A stretch of 63,880 nucleotides of DNA, filler included, from Octopus bimaculoides (lineage: Eukaryota), in the NCBI RefSeq assembly GCF_001194135.2. It is 5 parts of 5 records of this genome, joined end to end, with 100 filler letters (N's around TTAATTAATTAA, not from the genome) between each part and the next. Parts side by side here need not be neighbours in the genome. Positions count along the whole stretch, not along the records: positions 1 to 24,693 come from NC_068984.1; 4 more parts are not named here. One strand, given 5' to 3'. Positions 12,271 to 24,749 of this stretch are shown here, in pieces. Below the pieces are notes generated by a model. That model saw only the letters and a program-made list of their open reading frames with translations, made no database searches and was not told where the DNA came from. Both the position numbers and the translations under genes were made by a program. Position 1 is the first letter of the stretch. Every line of letters starts with the position of its first letter.

Positions 12271-12826
12271 TGAGTGAAAGAGCAGTTCATGTCATCAAAG
12301 TGACACTGGGGCAAAATATACGAAGCCCAGTATACCCATCATGGCTACTCTTCTGCTTAGTGTACACCAGGCACATGCAACACAATCATATGTGCGCGAC
12401 ATAGTGATCCCATGTCAAGATAAACATTGCGTGATCTTCCAGGTGGGGCGCAGTCAGAATTTTCATCACGTCGAGTAGCCCATCGCACTCAAAAGATTCC
12501 TGAATAAGGTTTGTTTAAGGATGTTGAACAAAACACCAATATTTCGAAAGGTGAATTACCCAAACCCCAAAGAATACCGGTCAACACATGGCTATGCTGC
12601 TCCCCTTTCTGCTCGTGATAAGAGAGATGCACATGTCGTCAGTCACTAAGGGACATGCTCAATAGGTTAATGTCAAGCAACTGATCAGTAAATCTGTGAT
12701 ATTGAACAGAATATTGGATGTAGCCCATCTTTTATACTAAGACAAAACAATGAACATGATACCACTTCCAATCTGTTACGATCAGAAGCCATGAAAGCCA
12801 CTGCCTGGTACTGCATCAGGGGATAG
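12271..12826 (-). mobile_element. 556-bp non-coding interspersed element flanked by (AAT)n on both sides
   Basis: Bounded by (ATT)n at about 12193-12270 and 12827-12900; its TGAGTGAGAG...GACTACCCGT end recurs at 38349-38438, again next to (ATT)n; no ORF or A/B box recognised. Strand inferred from the truncated copy. Confidence 0.75.
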
Positions 12827-12900
<74 letters not shown>

Positions 12901-12904
<4 letters not shown>

Positions 12905-13648
12905 TAGTTTTATTTTTATAACGTGCTTTCACTTCACTACCGAGCGCAGCTCTGTGCGCCTTGGGTATGTGCTGTGGTTTGCTGTGGTGCTCTTATGTTT
13001 ACTGTATTGAAATTGTTTTGCGTAGAATGTGTGCAGTACCCAGTAGTGCAATTTTCTGTATGTTATATATATTTGTAAGTCCTGGTGTTTTTGTTATGTA
13101 TTTGTCTGAATATTTTTTTATTATACCTANNNNNNNNNNNNNNNNNNNNNNNNNNNNNNNNNNNNNNNNNNNNNNNNNNNNNNNNNNNNNNNNNNNNNNN
13201 NNNNNNNNNNNNNNNNNNNNNNNNNNNNNNNNNNNNNNNNNNNNNNNNNNNNNNNNNNNNNNNNNNNNNNNNNNNNNNNNNNNNNNNNNNNNNNNNNNNN
13301 NNNNNNNNNNNNNNNNNNNNNNNNNNNNNNNNNNNNNNNNNNNNNNNNNNNNNNNNNNNNNNNNNNNNNNNNNNNNNNNNNNNNNNNNNNNNNNNNNNNN
13401 NNNNNNNNNNNNNNNNNNNNNNNNCTATATCTGGTCTATTTGCCTTAATTTCTCTATCTGTGTGTATTGGCATATCCCAGAGTATGGTTGCTTTCTCGTT
13501 TTCTGTGACCTTTTCTGGCGTGTGTTTATACCATCTTTTTTCTGTTGCTATTCCATAATGTTGGCATAGCTTCCAGTGTATATAGGTCCCAGCTCTGTCG
13601 TGTCTGTGAATATATTCCTTCTTAGCCAGGAGTGGGCAGCCAGAGATT
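12901..13648 (-). mobile_element. 5'-truncated R4/Dong-clade element (zinc-knuckle end and RLE domain) flanked by (AAT)n
   Basis: RC reads IISGCPLLAKKEYIHRHDRAGTYIHWKLCQHYGIATEKRWYKHTPEKVTENEKATILWDMPIHTDREIKANRPDI [gap] GIIKKYSDKYITKTPGLTNIYNIQKIALLGTAHILRKTISIQ*, with no stops in the visible parts. Confidence 0.92.
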
Positions 13649-13669
13649 ATTATTATTATTATTATTATT

Positions 13670-13709
<40 letters not shown>

Positions 13710-13717
13710 TTTTTGTT

Positions 13718-14150
13718 AAGGCGGCGAGCTGGCAGAATCGTTCGCACGCCGGACAAAATGCTTAACGGCATTTTTTTCCGACCGTGTGCTGTGAGTTCAA
13801 ATTCCACTGAAGTCGGTCTTGCCTTTCATACATTTGATGTCAATAAAATAAACCTCAGTTTATTACTGGTTTCAATGTAATTGATTCCCCCTCCCCCTTC
13901 CCTTTAAAATCTGCTGACCCTGTGCAGACTTCAAACTTTTATCATTATGGTACTGAGCTAACAGAATCTTTAGCGCGTCGAACGAAATGCTTAACGGCAT
14001 TTCTTCATATTTCTTCCTCTCTGAGTTCAAATCACACCAACGTTAACTTTACCTTTCGGGTTCGATAAAATAAAGTACCAGTCACGTACTGAGTCGATGT
14101 AATTGACACACGCCAGCGCTCTAAAACTCATAGCCTTAGACCAAAATTGG
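13718..14150 (+). mobile_element. Two tandem SINE family B copies (about 13718-13935 and 13950-14150)
   Basis: AAGGCGGCGAGCTGGCAGAATCGTT head and TGAGTTCAAAT B box in the first; degraded head and the same core in the second. Confidence 0.8.
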
Positions 14151-14442
14151 AATTAGTATTGTCAAAATATATTATATTTTAATATTCACATATAAATTCA
14201 CACACACACACACACACACACATACACATATACATGCACATACATATACGTGTGTGTACGAGAACGTTTGAGTACATATGGGAAAGTGTATATGTGTGTG
14301 TATGTATGTATGTATGTATGTATGTATGTGAAGACTTTACATAGTTTCTGTTTTGTATTTACTCCCTAAAGTGTTTAACATTGCTTGTTTTAGTATTTGA
14401 GATGTCCATACAGTGAATAAAGAAACCATTATTATCAACCTT

Positions 14443-14487
<45 letters not shown>

Positions 14488-14547
14488 GTTATCATCATCT
14501 TCGGTAATATTAATGCCATTATTATCAATATTTACCATCACCCGCCT

Positions 14548-14579
<32 letters not shown>

Positions 14580-15931
14580 GAATAGCTTCAAAGTCTTCAT
14601 CGATAACATCGTCTCCACCACCATCGTCTTATATCGTCATTTCTATCAGACATTCCAGGCATTATCGATATTTAACTGCCTCCCCGCTCCCCACCCTTAT
14701 TCTGCCCTCATTCATTCCACTTCCCAAATACCGAAATTCCAAACCACAAACCCTCTGTCTTTCCCCTTATACGCTCTTCTCTCAACATTTATCAACCATC
14801 ACCCCACGTCCTCTTTCATATAACAGGCTGTTCGGAGGGAAATGAGTTTAAGTTAACAAGAACTTTTGTAATATGCTCATTTTTTTGTTTTTTTTTTGTT
14901 TTCCTTTTCCCGAAGCGATCATTGACGCACCTTAGTCAAACAAATAACGGACAGGATAATAAAAAGAAGTAAAAAAAAAAAACGGACTTGAATAATGTAT
15001 AAAATAAAATAAAATAAGCGAATAAATGAAGAAAAATAATGGTTTCTTTTGAATAAGGAACAAATATCCTATTTGGTTAAGGGAGCGGAAAATCGGATGT
15101 CGTGACAGTAATTCCATTCCTAAATATATTGGCAGAGTAAGTGATGTGAAATAATTTCGGCCGGGGAACGAAAACTTTCTTTAGATTCTGTAGATTTTAA
15201 TTCTGCGTTTTAACAGTCCTAGTTTATAGAGGAAATAATAAATTATAAAGTTAACTTGATAGATGGCGCCTGGTATAAGAGATTAGATTAGCCTAAATAT
15301 ATTACTGGTATATGATACTACAGGCAAGACACTAGAGGGATAAAATCTGCTTCCGTGAGGTTTTTCAGAAGTAATTTGTAACTAAATTTTGTAAATTGTT
15401 TGTATTAGTTTTCTACTTACTTCGAAAACAACACTTCCCAAAACGATGAAACTAATTTAGAGTAAGTCAATGTTATCTATCCAAGCATGATATTGGTAAT
15501 TATTATCGATCAACATCGGATAAAGTGCCTAGTCTTATTTGACTACATTTAAAATTTAAGATGTCCGGGGATATAAACTGTTTCTTTAAAGTATTGATTA
15601 TTTGCTGTCTTCAAATTTTTTTTCTTTTTTTCAGAATACTGAGAGATGCAAAGCGTTGTGTTTTATTTTAGTTTCTTTGTTGTCCTATTGTATGGTATGG
15701 CGGACTATCAATTGAATCCCAGACTCAAGCTCTAATACATGCTCTAAAATCCGGCACCAAGTGGAACTTGGCACCAGATCTTGAAGAATGTAGAATGGTG
15801 TGCACTGTAATGTGTACAGGAATGTACATACCTCAGGGTAGAATGAAGCATGCAGAATGATATACACTGTCTAGAAACACTACTACACCTATGCGAATCT
15901 GAACTTACGTAGTCTGATATTGTTGCTGTAC

Positions 15932-16470
15932 ACTGAAAGAAGCCCGTCGTATATATATATATATATNNNNNNNNNNNNNNNNNNNNNNNNNNNNNNNNNN
16001 NNNNNNNNNNNNNNNNNNNNNNNNNNNNNNNNNNNNNNNNNNNNNNNAACAATATATGAGTATATGCATATATATGTACATGTATGTACATACCTTCATC
16101 TACATGTACATATAGATACATATCTGGGTACATGACGTTGCAAAAAACATGGACAAAATGATAAACAAGTTACAAAAAACAAGCAGGCCACATAGAGGAC
16201 ATATTCTTCATCAGCTGCCACCATTAAAACACTGGTATGTGTGTGTGTTTGTGCATGTGTTTGTGTCTGTGTTTGTCCCCCTCCTACAGATTGACAACCG
16301 GTGCTGGTGTGTTTACGTCCCTGTAACATAGTGGTTCGACCTAAGTGACCGATAGAATAAGTGCCATACTTGAAAAAAATAAGTACAGGCATTGATTCAT
16401 TCGATTAAGAATTCTTCAAGATGGAACCCCAGCATGGCCGCAGTCTAATGATTAAAGCAAATGAAAGATG
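15932..16470 (+). mobile_element. SINE family C lacking its head, split at its internal microsatellite
   Basis: CTGAAAGAAGCCCGTCGTATATA at 15932, then a gap and an unrelated ~130-bp segment, then the 3' half GTTTGTCCCC...CCCAGCATGGCCGCAGTC from about 16236. Confidence 0.7.
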
Positions 16471-18098
16471 AACTACTTCAAGCGTTACCAGCACTACTTT
16501 ATGAGGGCAAGTTCCCATTTTTAACTATAAATGAATCCTTTTTGCAAAGGAGGAAGAAGCTTAATGGAACCAGTTTATTACTGGTACTGATGCACGCTGA
16601 AAAGCTCTGTAAGACATAAATTCAGTACCCTACTTTCATTGCTGTCCCCACACCCTGATTTTGATGTTCGTCGATATAATGAATTGTTCAGATGTAGGTG
16701 GGATTTAATAAAGAAAAGAAATCGCTGCTTCTCCCTCACCACCAACCCTATTGGAATCAAAGACAAAGTTGAATGTGTCTGGATTTGAACTGAGGACAAA
16801 GGGTGTAAGGAGGGGTGAAACTAAATAGCATAAAGCATTTAATTGGTGTTCTGCTGTCTCCACCATCTCCATTAGCAGACAGCGTTCTAACATAATGAAT
16901 AATAACAAGAAGTACAACTACATTAAACAATATCAAAAAAATATAATGGCCGCTTCCCAAGTTAAATATAAAATGAATTACATGTGCCAATAAAACGACG
17001 GCTAAATTATCAAAACTGACGCAATTAGTCCCGACAGATTTTATGAATTCAACAACTGACAATGGAAACAAAAATCACCACTTCATTATTATTTTAATAA
17101 ACCATTGATCATATTATGTTATTGATACAGTGGAGAAGGAGAGTTGGCTAGAGACGGTAGGGTGTCTAACTGAATTACTTATAATATTATAATATGTAGT
17201 CTCGACTGTTTATGTTTTAAGTTCAAATCTATTTCAAATTTGTTTCGTTTTTATTGTAATTTCAAATGATGGTGGGTAAAAGAAGTAACATCAATATATG
17301 GAATAGGGTCAATTCGGCCAACTTTTAGATAAGCATTAATGTTGTGTGTCTGTCGTTAGAATAAAGCGAAATTCTCAAGAGTAACTTTATATTATAACAA
17401 CGATAAGACTAAGCGGAAGTCTCTGGTGAGCAAAGTTCAAGAATTTATTTCGAAGACTAACTAAATCAAACTCACATAACTGAATCAGTCATTGTCTCTG
17501 GAGAAACAATGTGAACGTCATAAGGCCTCACTCTTCCCATGATTCAATGCACTGTGTCTGATTTGATAAATAAATTCAGAAGAGAAACCATAGTATATTA
17601 TGGCGCGTAAAGCATCAAGGTTGAGAACCAAGTGTGAGAACGGGATATGATGCTTTGTCGTAGAACAGGCAAAAAAAGTGTCACTGCAGCCCTTACATAC
17701 ACACACATACACACACACATACTTATAGATACATATATGTGTATGTATGTATGTATTTAATGTTGAATGTCAGAATAAAGAGTACTCGATACCAAAGTAG
17801 AGACTAAATAAATATTTTTTACTTAAGCGAATCAATATCTTGTTACTCTGAGTTCCATCTGTAGATGCAGAGTGTCTTTGAGCAAAAATTAAGCAAAGTA
17901 CTCGGAATGTAGAGTTAAGTATATCTATTTATTAACGCCGAGCAAACGGTTGTTCAACACCGTTTCATTCTTTCTGATGTTATCACTAACTAGAGCTACA
18001 CTAAGAAACCAAATGAAATAAGGAAAATTACTATTGAAGACATGTTGCTTGATGGTGATGTCATCTTGTGCAATTTTAAAGATGGTTTTCAGAATCAT

Positions 18099-18730
18099 AT
18101 GGACAGATTCTCGAGGGTTTGTAGCAACTTGGGTCTCATAATCTCAAAAAGACCCTAATTAGGGTACAAGGTCATTTGAGCACCTCCTTGTACTAATATC
18201 AGAGATAACGAAATGGGGTAGTACATGAGTTTCAGTAAGTCAATGAGACGGCTACAGACTAACTTTTCCCTAAGTGCAAGCTTCAAGAAGTGCACTGGCA
18301 AAGACAGCTATTACTTTCCCATGATAAAAGCCTGAGGTTATCTATCAGAAAAATTCCGTATAAGAACGTGATACAGACAACATACTCTTCACAAGAATAC
18401 AAAATCATGTGCTTTATGTGATTCATATGTGGTGTCAACGCAGGATTCTTAGAATCAAATGGCCGGATAGGATCTGCTATAGTACCGAACTTATTAGGTC
18501 AGGCATTCTCTTCATGTTCACTTTCACGCCTACCAATGACAATTGTGAAGCTTTTGACATGTCCGCTGAATTGATGATGGCCGCATTCCACAACAGCGGC
18601 TGCGCTCATCTGAATTGATATAGATCGAGAGTCAAATGCTGCCCACATCTGCGACATCATATGAGGATCTGTGCAAGCATGATATGGAAGCAACTTCCAT
18701 AAATCATGTCACTTGAGAAGCAGTCGCAAA
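18099..18730 (+). pseudogene. Degraded RTE (BovB-like) LINE ORF fragment, RT thumb and C-terminus
   Basis: MDRFSRVCSNLGLIISK..., HMWCQRRILRIKWPDRI and, across frameshifts, PHLR..YEDLCKHDMEATSINHVT*EAVA match RTE motifs; many stops and frameshifts. Confidence 0.7.
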
Positions 18731-19194
18731 AAACAATATTCTCTTGAAACAAGCATCATAGAATGTGACGAAATGGAATCAAAGTCGGTATTAGAACGAG
18801 AGGATTAATTGAGGAAGAAGAAATTGTGTTGCCATTGAAATTCAACGTGCAACATCCTCATTAGAAGTACCGGTTTTTATACATCAGATCTACCGTCAAA
18901 ACTACGTGTCTGAGATTGGATTTCACAATCATTTCACAAAGTACTCTTTCACCTTCTCATTCTAAAGATCCCCTCCCTATCATCTGCGAAGCTGACGAAT
19001 CTCTCTTTCTCCCTCGCTCTGTCTCTCTCACCTTTTCTCTCTTTCTTTCACTCCTTCTATCTCTTTCTCTCTCTCTCTATCTGTCTCTCTCTCTCTTTCA
19101 CACAAACACATAAATGCATGATGCCCACCATGATGTATGTATGTATATATGCATGCATGCATGCATGCATGTATGTATGTATGTATGTATATAT

Positions 19195-19458
19195 GTGTGT
19201 ATGTGTGTGTGTTTGTATGCGTGTCTTTGTGTCAGTTTGTCCCCCATTCACCGCTTGAGAACTGGTGTTGGTGTGTTTACATCCCCATAACTTAACGGTT
19301 CAGCAAAACAGACCGATAGAATAAGTACCAGACTAAAAAAAATAGAAGCAAAAGTACTGGAGTCGCTTCATTCGACTGAAAATTTTTCAATATTGTGCCC
19401 TCGCCCCTGGTGCCCCAGCATGACCACAGTGTAATGACGAAAGCAAGTGAAAGATAAA

Positions 19459-19462
<4 letters not shown>
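19195..19462 (+). mobile_element. SINE family C, 3' half
   Basis: GTTTGTCCCC...GGTGTGTTTACATCCCCATAACTTAACGGTTCAGCAAAA...GGTGCCCCAGCATGACCACAG...AAGCAAGTGAAAGATAAAG. Confidence 0.8.
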
Positions 19463-19492
<30 letters not shown>

Positions 19493-20195
19493 TGCTGTAC
19501 TTACACGACATAGTACGTCTGTACATAGTGTTGGCTAAAAATCTATAGACTTGTTCTATAATATATAAAATAGAATAACCTTGAAATAAAGCACTGTTTC
19601 TGTCCCNNNNNNNNNNNNNNNNNNNNNNNNNNNNNNNNNNNNNNNNNNNNNNNNNNNNNNNNNNNNNNNNNNNNNNNNNNNNNNNNNNNNNNNNNNNNNN
19701 NNNNNNNNNNNNNNNNNNNNNNNNNNNNNNNNNNNNNNNNNNNNNNNNNNNNNNNNNNNNNNNNNNNNNNNNNNNNNNNNNNNNNNNNNNNNNNNNNNNN
19801 NNNNNNNNNNNNNNNNNNNNNNNNNNNNNNNNNNNNNNNNNNNNNNNNNNNNNNNNNNNNNNNNNNNNNNNNNNNNNNNNNNNNNNNNNNNNNNNNNNNN
19901 NNNNNNNNNNNNNNNNNNNNNNNNNNNNNNNNNNNNNNNNNNNNNNNNNNNNNNNNNNNNNNNNNNNNNNNNNNNNNNNNNNNNNNNNNNNNNNNNNNNN
20001 NNNNNNNNNNNNNNNNNNNNNNNNNNNNNNNNNNNNNNNNNNNNNNNNNNNNNNNNNNNNNNNNNNNNNNNNNNNNNNNNNNNNNNNNNNNNNNNNNNNN
20101 NNNNNNNNNNNNNNNNNNNNNNNNNNNNNNNNNNNNNNNNNNNNNNNNNNNNNNNNNNNNNNNNNNNNNNNNNNNNNNNNNNNNNNNNNNNNNNN

Positions 20196-20234
<39 letters not shown>

Positions 20235-20646
20235 TTATTTATATTTATTTATTTGTATTTATATATATATATATATATGCTTTTATGCTTGTGTGTGTAC
20301 GAGAATGTGTGAATGCGCGCGCGGATGTGTGTTAGTTTGCGTGATTTCGGGTGTGTAAACACCTATGTAAATTGATCGGCAGTGTCCATCCCTTGCCACA
20401 ATTTCTCATTTCGACTCAGATAATTTATTAATGTATTTAAATATATGCATACTTATTTACATTTCTCGCTATTCACTTGACTATCTACTTAATTTTTATC
20501 ATTTGTCTCCTCTCTCTACTGAATGACATTCTATCGCCTCTACTTTCTTTCAGTCACTTATTTCTCCTTGTCTAACTATTTTGTCTAATCTTTTCCATTG
20601 ACCAATAAGGTCTAGAGCCAGAAACGTGATTCCAATAGCTCAAAGA

Positions 20647-21410
20647 AGCTATTTCAAAGAACGCTTCCTTTTCGTCTTCGTGTAAGCAGATCATCAATGT
20701 CAAGAGATGCTAGTGAAAACCCATCTCCTTTCGAGATAGTGTAGTAAAATCCAAACAAGACCCTCGTCAAGAAATCAATGCTTCCGCTGCTTCCACAGGT
20801 AGTTTTGATGAGTGTATACCACTTACGCCGATAACAGCAAGCAAACTTTTGAGGTCTTAATGCGACAACTGGTAGTGCTGGGCTTGTTGAGGGGCGCTGC
20901 TGTTCTTTCAGTGACTAAAAATAAGGTAGGGTGCGGATCAGTCTGCTCAGTTCGGAGTGATGGTCATCAGTTTATCGGACGTTTAGTCGTGAATAACAAA
21001 TTTAACCCTTTGCCGCTCCTGCGTACCACATGTGACACACAAGACATTTCCCTAGGGTCCGTGTGTCATAGATGATGGACATTCCTAATCATTTTCACCC
21101 ACCAGAGTAACCTGGAACTCTTGAAAGGAAAGCTTTATTTTAGCCCGAACAGTGCCCCTGATGAAGCCCAACACTACTAGTTACCGCACTAAAATATCAA
21201 AAGTTCACATGATATTATAGGTGTAAGTGTTATACGGTCATCCAAATTACCGGTAGAAGCAGCAGAAGCACTGTTTTCTTGACAAGGGTCTAGTTTGGAT
21301 TTTAGTAAAATGGTGAAATGTTGCTTGAAGGGAAATGGGTCTCACCAACGTCTCCTGACATTGATGATCTACTACACGAAAACGAAAAGGGACCGTTCAT
21401 TCAATGGCTA
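20647..21410. repeat. Long imperfect inverted repeat (fold-back), arms about 260-280 bp
   Basis: 20667-20925 is the reverse complement of 21135-21390 at roughly 75-80 percent by eye, e.g. CCTTTTCGTCTTCGTGTAAGCAGATCATCAATGTCAAGAG versus CCTTTTCGTTTTCGTGTAGTAGATCATCAATGTCAGGAG; central hairpin TGACACAC...GTGTGTCA. Confidence 0.88.
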
Positions 21411-21559
21411 ACTAAAAGTCTAAGGGCAAGCATAGATGTTTAGGACAAACTTATGAAAATGCTTTGGGCAGATAAAGTATTAGCACTTTAGAATAGTACC
21501 AATACTCTGGAGAAGTAGGTATATATATACATGTGTGTATGTATGCGTATGTTTGTGTT

Positions 21560-21632
<73 letters not shown>

Positions 21633-21959
21633 GTGTGTGTGTGCGTGTGTGTTTTATACTAAGGGCAAGACACTAGCGGGATTAAAAGTAAAATGTGCTG
21701 CCTTGAAGTTTACTCTAATATGTAAGCAGCACCCTTATACGGTTCGCACATTAACCTCCTTAGATTAAAGGCCGAAAACAAATTAAAAGTACGTTATGGA
21801 TCGCCACCTGTTTCGACGATGAGCATTGAAACTGAACTATTGTCTAATCACTGAATTGTACTGTGTGCGATGAGTATTACGTTAAAGGCAATACTCGGAC
21901 AAGATCAGTGTGAGAAACTATTTAAGAAAGATTTTTTCTTTGAATTACAGAATTGCAGT

Positions 21960-22130
21960 CTATCTGACGGGCTTCCGCCCAGTTTCCGTCTATCTAGCTG
22001 TACTCACAAAATTTAGGCCATTCCAAATGCTATGGTAAAAAGAAACACTTAGCCACGATGTCACGCAAAGAGAATTCAACACGGGAGTTCATTATGCACG
22101 AAGCAATTTTTGTATTTAACCAGCCGGGAT
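21960..22130 (-). mobile_element. Degraded SINE family C, 5' half
   Basis: GACGGGCTTCCGCCCAGTTTCCGTCTA...CTCACAAA...AAACACTTAGCCACGATGTCACGCA is the inverse of the family C head. Confidence 0.55.
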
Positions 22131-22319
22131 ATACCTGCCTCCACCCCAATGTAAATCCTGTGGTTGTGACTCATCTGAGAAAAGATTTCAATGAAAAGAA
22201 TTTGTTTGGATGATTAAAATTTGCACAACAAATATAACCACCTGTGGAAGTTGAAACAATTGTGACAAGACAATAAAGAAAGTATGATAAATAGAAGTAC
22301 TTAAGTAAAGTAGACGTTA

Positions 22320-22359
<40 letters not shown>

Positions 22360-22559
22360 ATGGATGAATAAATAAATGAATGAATAAGTAAAAACATGTC
22401 TAGGTGTTGTCGTTTTTTATATTTTGTTGCTGTTGAAGATCTCTTCGTAATCGTATCTGAAACGTAAATGAAAAACAAGCAATGAAAATTTGTGACAATC
22501 TTTTGTTATTCTAGGAATATACGACTTCAAATAAATAAATAATGGTCATTTTTAAGAAA

Positions 22560-23660
22560 TTATTTTTAACATAGGCTCAAGCCCATAAGTTTGTAGGGAG
22601 TGTTAGTCAAAATCATTTATCCCAAGATTTAATCTGTACTTTATTTCACCAACTTTGAAAAGATGAAAGACGAAATTGACCTGGGCGGGGTTTGAGCTCA
22701 TAACAAAAAGAATAGCAAATAAATAAACAATTCTATTATATTCACGAGCCCTGAAATTTGTGGTGAAGATGCTTGTGGGTTACATCAACACCCGTGTTCA
22801 ATTAGTAGTTATTTCATTGACACCAAAGGTAGAAAAGGCAGAGTTGACCTTGGGGGAACTTGAACTCCGGAAGAGATGCTACTAAGCAATTTGTATGGTG
22901 CAGGTAAGGACTCTGCCCACTCGCTGCTTTAGTAACAAATATATAGTGGTGCCGATTGAGTACAGGGCCAGCAGTTTTTAAGAAAATGTGTAAGTCGGTT
23001 ACATCGATTCAAATATTTGACTGGTACTTATTTTATCGCCCCCGAAGGGATAAAAGGTGAAGTCGACCTTGGTGAAGTTTGAACTCAGAATGTATAGACG
23101 GACGAAATGCTACAAAGCTTTCTGCCCTTCGTGCTAATGATTCTGCTAGTTCGCCACCTTTCAGCAGCAAATAAATAATTCAATGCATTTTACTGGACAC
23201 TAACGATTCTACTCATCCACCGACTTAAGTGGAATACGTAAGATATTTACTTTTAATTTAGACACACAGCAAATTATTTTGAAGCGACGGTGTTAGACGA
23301 TAACATCGATTCCAGTACTTCATACTTATTATATTTCCTCAACCCCGAAAGGGTGAAAGGCAAAGTTGACTTCGACGGCACTTAAATTCAAAATGTAAGG
23401 AATCTAAATTCTACAAGGAATTTTTGCTTACTCATCTTAATCCATAGGAAATCTAAAGTAATTATTTCAAATTTTGGCACGATGTAAATACTTTTAAAGG
23501 GTGGAAATAATCGATAACATTGACACCAGGACTTGGCTGGTATTTTATATTATCGATCCCGAAAGAATAAAAGATAAAGTTGACATCGGTGGCACTTGAA
23601 CTCAGAAAGTAAAGAATTACAACTAAATGCAGCAATGCATTTCACCTGCCGCCCTAATGA
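22560..23660 (-). mobile_element. Cluster of five co-oriented degraded SINE family B copies
   Basis: Core GAAAGGCAAAGTCGACCT..GG.GGA.TTTGAACTC recurs near 22670, 22840, 23060, 23360 and 23580. Confidence 0.8.
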
Positions 23661-24737
23661 CGTCCTAATACAACATAACATAGCAGTCCAGCAAAAGATA
23701 GCGATAGAATTAGTGCCAGACTAATTTAAAATATATTCAGTATTAGAATCAATTTGTTCGACCAAAAACCTTTCGAGGTGATGCCCCAGTATGGCGACTG
23801 TCTAATGAATGAAACAAGTAAAAAATAAAAGATAACTGCGACGATGAGCGGGATCGAGAAAAGAAACGTTTTGATAAAAGCTTAAACTTTAAATGAATAA
23901 GCGAAGGGCGACAAAAACAGGGATTCTTACTGAAACGAGATTTAAATTGCTTATCTACCTCTCTCTACTGCATCAAAGTTATTCGGAGAAATCCAGAAGT
24001 TTGATGTATTTCTGGAAATGTGATAGCAATGATCGACACTTCTTTTGGGTCAAATAAACACACGCACTATATATTCGTCCTTCACTTCAGCTTTATTATT
24101 GTTCTAGTTTTGGTGTCCTTTGAAATGTTTCGTCACACGTCTTGTGACCTCTTCAGCTACTCTCCTTCGCGCGTGTCTCCTATTTTGCTTAGTCTCAGCA
24201 GACACATCCTGAAATATAACAATAACTGTTTTAACACACGATTTCACATCAGGAATCTTGCAAAATAAATACATAACCGTGACACCAGTAAGTTATATCT
24301 GACATGAAACATTCACAAACCAAAATTCAGCATGTTTAAGGTGTCACATATTACCCCCAAAATTTAACGAATGCGCATCAGTGTTTCCGAAGTGGTTCTC
24401 AGCTCAACGGAGGCATGACATATCTGAAACAATTAATCGGTGGTTCGCACCGGGGTCTTTCAGCCAGTTAACTACAGGTGAATGGTAGGTCTAGTCGGCT
24501 AGAGATGAGCAACAGTTATACAACATTAATATCTTCAAGCCATCGTGTATCATTCTGATCTTTCAACATTTGTGACTTACAGCTGCCCCAAAAGGGAAGT
24601 ATGAAGTGTTTGATACGTGACTTGAGCAGAGCCAAACTAGAACGCTCAAGAGAAAACACACACATACACACACACACGCGCGGGCATGCGGGCNNNNNNN
24701 NNNNNNNNNNNNNNNNNNNNNNNNNNNNNNNNNNNNN

Positions 24738-24749
24738 TTAATTAATTAA
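24738..24749. other. Synthetic scaffold linker 44N-TTAATTAATTAA-44N (also 46015-46026, 50466-50477, 61344-61355)
   Basis: The same 12-mer with stops in all six frames is centred in exactly 100-bp spacers four times. Confidence 0.95.

Noticed and set aside
16100-16225. CTGATGA on the minus strand (also 21159 on plus and a TCGATGAAGG motif near 25715) as hammerheads
   Set aside because: No correctly placed GAAA or stems I and III could be drawn.
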